Positions 27,101-37,200 of a DNA stretch of 64,000 nt are shown here, piece by piece. The notes under the pieces were generated by a model. That model did not search any database. It saw only the letters and a list, made by a program, of their open reading frames with translations, and was not told the origin of the DNA. The number at the start of each line of letters is the position of its first letter. Position 1 is the stretch's first letter. The position numbers and the translations under genes are program-made. This stretch comes from Nymphaea colorata (taxonomy: Eukaryota): assembly GCF_008831285.2 (NCBI RefSeq), contig NC_045138.2, forward strand, positions 38,564,001 through 38,628,000. Reading direction: 5' to 3'.

Positions 27101-30100
27101 CTCTCCTCCTCCTTCTCTTCTCTCTCTCTTGTTGAGGGTTTCTACAATCCTTGACCAGGTTGAGGGTTCCAGAAACCCATTTCAGCATAGGAACCCTCGA
27201 CCAGGTCGAGTGCCCGCCTGCACAGCACAATGCTGTGATATGTAATCTATTCCTCCACTGAGAAACCATGGTTTCTTTTTGGTCTTGTGATGTTTAGGGA
27301 GAAGGTGAGCATTCCTGCGACGAAAGCTTTCATAACGCTGGAAGGGTTAGGTGCGGATGTGACGATGGTGCAATGGGGAGACATAGTTCAAACGCTAGGA
27401 CCAAATGGGCACCCCCTTGGGACCTTCAACTCTGCAACTTTTGCTGTCAACTCCGCTTACTTCATGGCCAGAAACATGTATATTACGACTCACAAACACA
27501 TACATTTTTAGCTTAGTTGATGATTTTTTTTTTATAACAAGAAGATGATGATTACTCGCTGACGAGCTTAAACGAGTCAAGCTCGAGCTCGCACTCGATT
27601 AACCATGTCGAGCTCGAGCTCGAGCTCGCCTCGTAAAGCTCGAGTCGAGCTCAACTCGAGCAATATGTGAGTTTGAGCTGGTTAAGCTCGGGCTCGACTC
27701 CCTCATTGAACATTCCTAAGTTTGAGGGAACCAAATTTTCAGCATGAACCACTAGGATCACTAAACTATTCTGCTAAACAAAAAGTGACATGGTCAACTT
27801 GTGTGAATTTTTTTAGTGATTTAATAAAACAACAAGAAACAAATTATATTAGAAAAGAAATGGAAGATTAACCAAGAAATGAATCACAAGAAGTCAAGAA
27901 AAGGATAGAAAAAGGGGGGAGGGTGGGGTACTCAACTCCCTCATTGAACATTCCTAAGTTTGAGAAAACCAAATTTTCAGTACGACCCACTAGGATCACT
28001 AAACCATTCTGCTGAACAAAAGGTGACATGATCAACTTGTGTGAATTTGTTAGTGATTTAATAAAACAACAATAAACAAATTATATTAGAAAAGAAATGG
28101 AAGGTTAACCAAGAAATGAATCACAAGAAGTCAAGAAAAGGAAGGAGTGGGGGGAGGACTGGGGAGGCTGGAGTGGGGTGGGGAATAGGGGGAGAGAGAG
28201 AGAAAAAAAGATGGGAACCTGGCTCAGAGGCACCTACACTTTTCATTCTTTTAGTGTTTTGAAACACAAATGAATGTGATCCTCTTACATTTTCGGAATT
28301 ATTAAAAAGGGATCTTTTTTTTCTTGTGAAAGATCCAAAATAAAACTGAGTTAAACAAAAGTTTATGTATGTATGTGTGTGGGTGTCTGACACTTGGTAC
28401 CATACAGCGCCTATGTAACATACTACATGGCTGAGACCCAAGTTATGTCATGGAGTTTAGTGAAGTTCACATAAATTTTCAAATGGGCAGTTTAACAACT
28501 ATGTTATGTTATGACATAATTCTATAGAGAAAACCTTGTAGATAACCAAGCGAGAGAAATAGCTATAAACCTGCCCTGTAGACAGGCAAGCAATGCAGAT
28601 GAGTCCACAATAGCTGAAAAGCAACCAGATAAGGAAACCCCACTTTTGGCCTTCTTCCGGTAGCTACAAGTATTTCAAATTAGAAATGAATATGAGTCAG
28701 AAAAAGAAAATCCAGAGAAAGGAAAAGAAAAAGAAGGCAAAAAAGGAAGAACTCAGACTTACACAACTTCTCGCCCTAGAGAACCACAAACTACCAATTA
28801 GAGTCCACACCCACAGAAAAGGGTAAAGAAGTAAGGACAGAATTGACAATACAATGATCCTTCCACAGAACCGTGCATATCTTTGCTGCCAACCTAAATC
28901 CCTGAAAATGCATTAAGTAATGAAAATAAATGGCATATAAACAATCAACTACTTGCAGCTACTTGATCAAAATACTGGTGGAAAGTACAAAACCTCTTGC
29001 TAGAAATTATGAAAAAACTCCAACACAGAAACAATGCACATTTATCTGTGCACTTAATATGAACGCAAACTCAGCATCTACACACACACACACACATATG
29101 TGTGTGTGTCTGTTGCAGTCTCGTCACCTTTTTGCATACAGCAACCATATGGCAGACATTTAACAATCGCCTTTGGAGTAAAAAACAAGTGGAAATTCAC
29201 TGTACATAATTTAGATGGCATGCACATTAGAAAGTGGTCACCTATTAGTCCATACGCCTTGTCAAATCCCCTCAGTATGGAAGCTTGATAGAAACATAAA
29301 TCAGCTTCCTATTTCCTATACAATTGGAATACAAACAGAGAGGCAGATTCTTCTCTTAGGAAAAACATAAAAAGGCCATTAATATCCAAACTAGAAGTTA
29401 AATATCTCATACAACTCATCCAAGTAATTTCTGTGTTTCAGAATTGAGGCGATCAAACCTTGTTCATTTTTTGAAAAATCAGGGGCAATCGTAAAACCTG
29501 ATATGACCTTAAGGATATAACCTTCGGTTAACTTGCAATAAGATCTCAGGAAGAAGATACTTACAAACCCATTCCAGCAGCCAGGCCATTGTCGACGAAC
29601 ATCAATACCCGAAAAACAAAAACAGCAGTGTAGTCAACCTTGCAGAAGATTGTAAACATAATTCAGCTACACGTAAAGGGTATATTTTAAAGCACAAGAA
29701 GTGTAAATGAATATCACAGAAGAAAATTTAAAGGTTACCACTATCCAAATGTGCAAGGGGTACATGCACAGATCATACCGCCTCCAGTTTATGGAAACAA
29801 TGATCCTAGAATTGGTCAAAGAATATACACACATAAATGTTCAAAGGTGGCAACATAGGCAAAACTACTGTATTTATCACAGAAGACACACGCTATGCAC
29901 ATGATAATGCATGAAATCAATTAAGTTGTGGCTTGCAGGGCAGCAGATGAAATATGTGAAATATCTGAACTAAGTATTGGAATCCCTCAACCGAATCTTA
30001 GTCTGGACTAAACTGCCATATAATGTGATTCTGAGATCTCAACACCTTGTGTTTGGAGGGAACTCCAAGAGCAGAATCATGGTTGAAAAAACAGAGAATT

Positions 30101-30975
30101 GCAAAGTGAGAAAAATATTTGGGTCGACACTAAGTCCACCCTTAAGCAATGTCGTCCAGCCATGCACTAACTCATCGCCTAGGATGCTGGTCAACTGAAC
30201 CAATCACTGCCAAGAATGTATCCAAAGATTTAAAGAACACCAACTAAATCTCAGTGTGGATATGGTCAAGATATCATCATGTCATGCCGACTTGTAAGCC
30301 ACTCCATTTTTTTCCACTCATGTCATAGGTGAAAGCTCCTCCGACCAAAGGTCACTCAATTCTTTTTCTTGCTTCATATTAACACAACCGATCAGCAGTA
30401 CACCATGCAATATCGAGGAGACTTTGATCACCACCACTCATAATTAAAGAACACAAAACTGGTGCCAAATTCAACTTCAGAACTACTTTGTCCAATTTCC
30501 CAACCGAGCGCCTTCGTAACCCTCTAAACGATCTTAATATAAGAATGTCAAAGCTAACTCATACGGAGTGCACACAGACAGTATCTCAATACCCAATAAC
30601 CGCAGCTAATGCCACTACATGAAATACAACAAATTGAGATGACCAACTTCATAGATTCAGAAAGAACACAAACAGACAGACCATATGCGCTCTTTGCAAA
30701 AGCCACAAACCCATAGAAAGCAATAACTCCTTAAGATCCTACTCAACACACCCTAAAAGCAAAAAGAAAAGGGAGACAAAATAACAGAGAGAGTGGGGAA
30801 GGATACGCGCTTGTCGCGAGCATCGACAAGAAGAATCCATCATACCTATCCAAAAAAAAAAAAAAAACAAGAGAAAAGTTAGTATAAAACAAAATAAAAA
30901 TACCACAAAAAAGCGGAGGAAAGAAGTGGTTTAGAGGAGTTCATACCACTTGAAGTCAACCCCTCTGATTGCCAT
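24142..30975 (-). CDS. SIS3: RING-H2 E3 ubiquitin ligase SUGAR-INSENSITIVE 3-like (N-terminal TM segments, C-terminal RING-H2)
   Basis: Ten exons: 30975-30947, 30845-30807, 29805-29739, 29638-29565, 28901-28763, 28663-28571, 26613-26548, 25454-25335, 25172-25059 and 24567-24142. They give [22 protein letters not shown]...[14 protein letters not shown]...CPICLEEF...[29 protein letters not shown]. Confidence 0.94.
26003..26435. mobile_element. Degenerate MITE-like insertion (A/T-tract-rich interior) in a SIS3 intron
   Basis: Imperfect terminal inverted repeats taattgtcacagaaaac ... gttatttgtgactatta (14/17). No clear TSD. Confidence 0.5.
26694..27718. mobile_element. Non-autonomous hAT-type DNA transposon (1,025 bp) carrying a captured gene fragment (Pack-hAT)
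   Basis: TIRs tagggatgttcaatgag / ctcattgaacattccta (16/17). Perfect 8-bp TSD agtttgag at 26686-26693 and 27719-27726. Both ends carry subterminal arrays of (g)ctcga(g) motifs. No transposase. Confidence 0.92.
27298..27477 (+). pseudogene. Captured pectin methylesterase (PME53-like) exon fragment inside the hAT element
   Basis: After an acceptor-like ...gatgtttag the frame reads [59 protein letters not shown]. This matches the pectinesterase YREKV..P..K.FIT.EG.G...T...W.D...GT..SATFAV....F.A.NI segment and stops before ITF.NT. Confidence 0.88.
27693..28142. repeat. About 238-bp-period tandem duplication that includes the right TIR and TSD of the hAT element
   Basis: ctc(g/a)actccctcattgaacattcctaagtttgag...caagaagtcaagaaaagga at 27693 and 27931, with scattered substitutions. 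Confidence 0.9.
29806..30806 (-). other. U12-type (minor spliceosome) GT-AG intron, SIS3 intron 2
   Basis: Donor GTATCCTTC (U12 consensus RTATCCTT). Branch-like TTCTTTGAC lies about 10 nt before the acceptor ...ttctag. Splicing keeps the frame (GC|G = Ala). Confidence 0.85.
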
Positions 30976-32404
30976 TCTAGCTACAAAACCCTAGCTCCCT
31001 GAACAGACGACCATAGATTCCCGACCTCCCCAAGGGATTCAACCCAAGAACGGACCGCTTCTTAGTACTTCCTCCAAGTTCGTACCCCCAATCACGGCGG
31101 AAGAGAAAATTCAGCCATCAGGATACCCCGAAAGGAAACAAAATGGAGATAACCAAGAACGCCACCGTGACGGCAACAGGGTGATGACTCGAAAATGGGA
31201 AATTCAGACCTCCCAACCGGAAGCAATCAGGACCCGAAAATGGGGAAGGAGAGCATCGGCGGTGCTAAAGGCCAAAGCCGGGAAGGCGAGAGAGAGAGGA
31301 AAGGCGGGGACTGGGAGACGAAGTTTTCCGTTGCTGAGTCCAGCGTGGCGCTGGTGTCCCTGCATCTATATAGATATCTAAATTAAATAAAGTTAAATGT
31401 AAACAATGCATACGTATTTATTGCTTCAATTTCAATAAAAAACTAATGCTAAGGATCCCCTTCACTGAATTTCTTGATTTTAATCAATTCTTTTTCACAG
31501 TGAACAAGAAAGAATATGCTGCCAAGAAGGGTATTGCCAACAAGAAAGGGCGTTGATCAAGTGGAAGGATGTTTAAAACTGACTATCTTGGGGTTCATCT
31601 TTCTGGAACATATAAAAGAAACAGAAACTTTTTATTTGTAACATAAAGATATTTGAGATACTACTACACAGTTTGCTACCTATTAAAGGTCTTAAAAGGT
31701 AAACATTTAACTTTAAATATATCTTAATCGCATCTAAAGCTTTTGGACCTTTGACTCTACCGTACAAGGGGGGAAGTGGGAACCTTTTGTTTAGCAACAC
31801 TCCCCACTTCTCTCTCTGAATTTCTTGCCTGGTGCAACGATCCTTTGAATCTTATGATTTCGTCTTTTTAGTGTTTGCGGGCGGAGATCTTTTTGTTTTG
31901 GCTTTTTATAGAATGGCGACCGCCTTTATAATTGGTTCTGCAAAATAATGCTCGCCTCTTTGTTAACTCACTTGGAAAAGGGCCTTGGAATTCATAAGCG
32001 CGCAGCAGCCCCAACATCAGTGGTTAAAACAATGTAAATTGTCAGACTTTCATCCACCCAAATGGTAATAACATGAGAAGAAATATTCTTTCCGACTGAT
32101 GCGGATGTGGCTGGAAAAGAAAGGCGTGAACCTTTCTTCTGTAGTTTTTTGCAGCGATGCAAGAACTATTTTGGAGACAATGCCTTTGACATTTTCTTTT
32201 TAAATGAATCAGTTGATATTATCGGTAGGTAATTCATTTGGATTACTTTTACAGGAATGGTAAAACTCTAAGTGCCCATATGAATCATATCCTAAATGCG
32301 CCCTAAGCGAAAGGGTTATTCCATCACTTGGGTGAAAGCTGAAGCCTTCTCACCCCCACTCCACCTTGCCTTTAAGGTTCAGAGCTGTGTTGGTACTAAG
32401 TGGT

Positions 32405-33578
32405 GAGATCTTCGTGTGCTTCAGAGCTGTGTTGGTACTAAGTGGTGAGATCTGAAGGGATCCACACCCTTACAGTATAGGAGCATAGCCGTCCTCTCAT
32501 TCGGACTGTAGACATGACTCCCATGCACCTCAAGTCTGAGTTATGCTCCTCAGAGTTAATGTGAGGAAGGTTTTAAAAACAGTTATAGATCTAAAATTTT
32601 CAAGAGTTTGTACGCTTTTGTGTCATACTGCTGCTTGTTCTGATTCACAGCCTTTTGGTATTGTGATTAAAGCAACTAGAAAGCAAGTTGGATTCCAAGA
32701 GATGGGATGCTTGTGTCAATTTGGGTTCAATTATTATAATTGGTATCAGAGCTTTTTGCACAGACGGACATGTGTGCCTTACAAGTGAAAATGTAAATTG
32801 TTCCGATTCTTTTCATATCAAACCTTTACTAAATTCAAATAGTTGGATTGTGTACAGCTAGACTCCAACTTTGACTACTTTTTTCTAAAACCAAATTGGA
32901 ATCCGACCAGCACAAGTACCAACCTTTACTTGTAGTTGGGTTGGATCATTATATTTTCCCCATCAAATATCAGATTCTATTTCGGATGCAAGAGATCTTC
33001 GTGTGCTTCAGAGCTGTGTTGGTACTAAGTGGTGAGATCTGAAGGGATCCACACCCTTACAGTATAGGAGCATAGCCGTCCTCTCATTCGGACTGTAGAC
33101 ATGACTCCCATGCACCTCAAGTCTGAGTTATGCTCCTCAGAGTTAATGTGAGGAAGGTTTTAAAAACAGTTATAGATCTAAAATTTTCAAGAGTTTGTAC
33201 GCTTTTGTGTCATACTGCTGCTTGTTCTGATTCACAGCCTTTTGGTATTGTGATTAAAGCAACTAGAAAGCAAGTTGGATTCCAAGAGATGGGATGCTTG
33301 TGTCAATTTGGGTTCAATTATTATAATTGGTATCAGAGCTTTTTGCACAGACGGACATGTGTGCCTTACAAGTGAAAATGTAAATTGTTCCGATTCTTTT
33401 CATATCAAACCTTTACTAAATTCAAATAGTTGGATTGTGTACAGCTAGACTCCAACTTTGACTACTTTTTTCTAAAACCAAATTGGAATCCGACCAGCAC
33501 AAGTACCAACCTTTACTTGTAGTTGGGTTGGATCATTATATTTTCCCCATCAAATATCAGATTCTATTTCGGATGCAA
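32405..33578. repeat. 587-bp x2 apparently identical tandem duplication, preceded by a short 34-bp repeat (32378 and 32420)
   Basis: The unit starts gagatcttcgtgtgcttcagagc at 32405 and 32992. Identical 81-aa ORFs at 32543 and 33130 confirm the 587-bp period. Confidence 0.95.
32741..32752 (+). mobile_element. tRNA-iMet primer-binding site (LTR retrotransposon remnant); second copy at 33328-33339
   Basis: Exact TGGTATCAGAGC, the canonical plant LTR-retroelement PBS. No gag/pol follows. Confidence 0.55.
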
Positions 33579-34262
33579 TTATTCATCGCATATAGAACAG
33601 GAATCTAATTAGTAGTTGGATCCAAATTTCTTTAGCCCAAATCTGCCTAAATGGCTCTGAAATTGAATTTGATTGGACGCCAGATATATTTGATCCATGT
33701 ACAAATTTTCGAACATGCTTATTGGAGCCCCAGTCACATAGAAGTCCAAACATATGCATCGATCGGCTATGTACAATGCACCCCAATATGAACTTTTCAG
33801 GCCGGCGCACGAAAATCAACTTTTCAGAAAACGAGGAGTTGAACTTCACAGAGTGACTTTTGTGACTTTTGACGCAACAGGTTACGCCACCTGAGTAGAA
33901 TGTTAAGACGGCTCAGAGAAGCTCATCCGAGTTCAATTTCTTCATAGAGAACTAATTCTACCAGCGCGTGAACACGAGTGAAAGCAAGCAAGATTTGGAG
34001 AAATACAAAAAACTGCTTTCTTCGTTCTATGTAAGGATCCTTGTAGGATGTCAGCATTCATCTTCGAAACTCAGGGTCTCATTTTTTTCATTTTCTAAAT
34101 TACACATCATTCCTAATGCATCTACAAAACATAAAATTAAATGATCAGAAAGAAGGAGAACTGTGCAAACTCCAGTAGTCAAAATAAAACCAAAATTTTT
34201 TCGACCACAGACACACATGAATACCACTCTAAAAGAATTCTTGTAAGCAAACTCCCCCTTCT

Positions 34263-37200
34263 CTATTCTGCAAGCATCTGCTCATTGTCTGCATCACCTT
34301 CTTGTTCAATTTGAGGCTTCGACGGTGCTTGGCCGGCTCCTGGAGCTTGCTTTTTCTTGATGCCACTGACAATGTCATCAATCCTCAGAAGCATGCAAGC
34401 TGCCTCGATGGCAGTCTTAAACGTCTGTACTTTGACATTATAAGAATCCCATATCTAATCCAAGGAACGGAAACCAAGGACCATTGTCAATTCCAGAAAT
34501 AATTTGAATATGAAAAAGCAAGCACAAGTTATAAAATCACGTCCATTACCTTACGCTCGTTCATGTCTGCTATTACACCTGTATTTCCGTCTATGCCAGT
34601 CCATGCATTCTCACCATTAGCATGCTGCCGCAGAAGAGACAGAAAGCATTTAGGAAACAGAACATGGATGGATAGAACTGGGACTGATCCCACGAATGCA
34701 AACAACTAGCCAGTACCAGGAGACAGAAAGCATTTAGGAAACAGAACATGGATGGATAGAACTGGGACTGATCTCACGAATGCAAACAACTAGCCAGTAC
34801 CAGGAGACAGAAAGCATTTAGGAAACAGAACATGGATGGATAGAACTGGGACTGATCTCACGAATGCAAACAACTAGCCAGTACCACTATTTTTGAACCC
34901 AACACCTTCAAGAGCTTCCTTATCCAGGAAAAAAGAAACGGCTAATATATAACAGTAAGTGGAAAAAATAGTTTCCAAATAAAAATGCCACTCATGGAGT
35001 TAACATGATTTCCAAAATTTCAGAATTTCTCAGTTCTCAGTTCTCAGTTCTTTAACTAAAATTTTGTTATTATTAGTTCATTACTAATATCTACCTTATG
35101 AGAACACAGCTGCCCTTAAACACATGAGAAAACCACAGATAAATAAATCAAGTTAACCAACCATCCATCAGGCTTCATAAACCAAGTTTAATATTTAAAA
35201 AATGGATCCATGGCATCTTACTTTTCCTTGCAACTCAGTCATTGTTCGAATCACATTTACTCCACAGTTCTGCGCAAGGGTACGTGGAATTGCCTCAAAA
35301 GCAACTGCAGCAGCTTCATACGGCCACTGTAATATAGTAACATGGACAGCCAAATGAGTGAACTCATCAAATTCTTCTATAGGCAAACCCAAGGACAAAA
35401 AATTTAAAAAAAATCCTACTTTTTCAATCCCTTCTATCGATGAACTCTTCTGCTTTAGTGTAGCAGAAACAGTCAACTCAGATGCACCACCACCAGGAAC
35501 AAGCTTTGGATTCTTGATAATGTTCCTTGCAACAGACATTGCATCCTGCAAAAGTTGTATTCATAGTTGAGACGATGAGAAAACATGTGAAAAATGTATT
35601 GATAAATTAACTTCTATTAAAATGATTGTGAGCCACAAAAGGTGTGGCGCTCAACTACAGCTGATGGGACTAAAATAACTATAAAAACAGTATTCTAGAG
35701 CTTCCTTTAGGTGGACTTTAATTCACAAATAAAACTCGGGGATCTAAACCTGAGGACTGGATAAAAAAGGCAAATGAAAGATTAGCAAAGGACCAAAGAA
35801 TTAGATTGTGAACGGACTAATAAGCATGCCTTGTGGTCACATAGGTCATGGTTGTCACGTGCAGCTTTGCAGAAGGGGCCTTACTTGATGCTCAAAAGCT
35901 TTCAATATTTGCTTTCTCTCAAAACTATGTCTAGAACTGGATAAAACCCAAATTACACAGGAGGGAGGTAATGGATACAAAAGAGAACATATGGGATATG
36001 TGGAGCAAATTTTAGAAGAGCTCGGGACATTCAATAAGCAATGATGTGGGCACAAACCACCTAAACCAATAACCCCATTCCTCTCCCCCTAACACCCCTC
36101 ACCCCACCCCCCACAAAAAAAAAAAAAGGAAAACAAACAAGAAGAAACGCAGAGAAAACTCAAAAACAGCAATCATTTACCTGCAAATTTCTCTCAACTT
36201 CATTCAGGAAGTCCTTGCTTGGCCCTCTTAAGAGAACTGTACATGCCTTCGGGTCTTTGCATTCCACAATGAAAGAAAAGAACTCATCGCCAATCTTCTT
36301 AACCTCAAATAGCCCAGCCCCTGTTCCAACATCAGATTCTTGTAGCTCATCTGGCCTGTTGACTATGACAGCGCCAGTAGCCTTTGCAATCCTGTTATTA
36401 TCAGTCTTCCTTAATCTTCTGATTGCACTTACTCCAGCCTTACTGAGAAAGTGGCAGGCAAGATCACTTAGTCCTTTTTCTGTGATCACCAGATCAGGTT
36501 TGAACTTCAATATCTGAGAGCATAGATCCTGAATGTATTCTTCTTCCATTCTCAACAAAGTTGCCCTGTCAGATAGCGTATCAGTCCATATACTAAATGG
36601 TCGACGGAATTGTCTTGCATAAACTGACAATGAGACGAAAAAGTGGTCCCTAACTATATGAATGGTATACCAGGTTGTCACATTCATCCATAAGAAAAAA
36701 AAAATCTTTCTCCTTTTCTCTGTTTGTTTGGACATGTAGAAGACCAGGCAGATAATAAAAAGAAACAGAACAAGTTTAATTCAACATGCTATATATATAA
36801 AGAAAATAAGCATAAAAATACATAACTCAATGGCAGTTAGAGCATCTTACCAATCTTCCTCGTTCGCTAATTCAGCATTTGTTTGGTTCTCTCCTTTCTT
36901 GTATTCTAGAGGACAATCTAAAAGAATAATGCGAGGGTTTACTATTCTCCTCTTCATTTTCCCAGGAGCAACAACATCTTTGTTTATCATTACTCCTCTT
37001 AAAACTGTGGAATCTTCCAACTGACCACCAGGAACCTTCTCAACTTTAATATATTTTTTAATGTCAACTTCTCGTAGCCCTTGCCCAAGGTCCACACCAA
37101 CAATAGTCGCAGCATCAAGTGCCATATCCTGAACGTGAGAGAATGAAGAAAAGGGAGATCAGGTTCAATACAAAACATAAAGGATGCAACACTAAAACCA

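Noticed and set aside
32543..33375. Two identical 81-aa ORFs as a duplicated small gene
   Set aside because: By-product of the 587-bp duplication; no family motif, and the ORF crosses a retroelement PBS.
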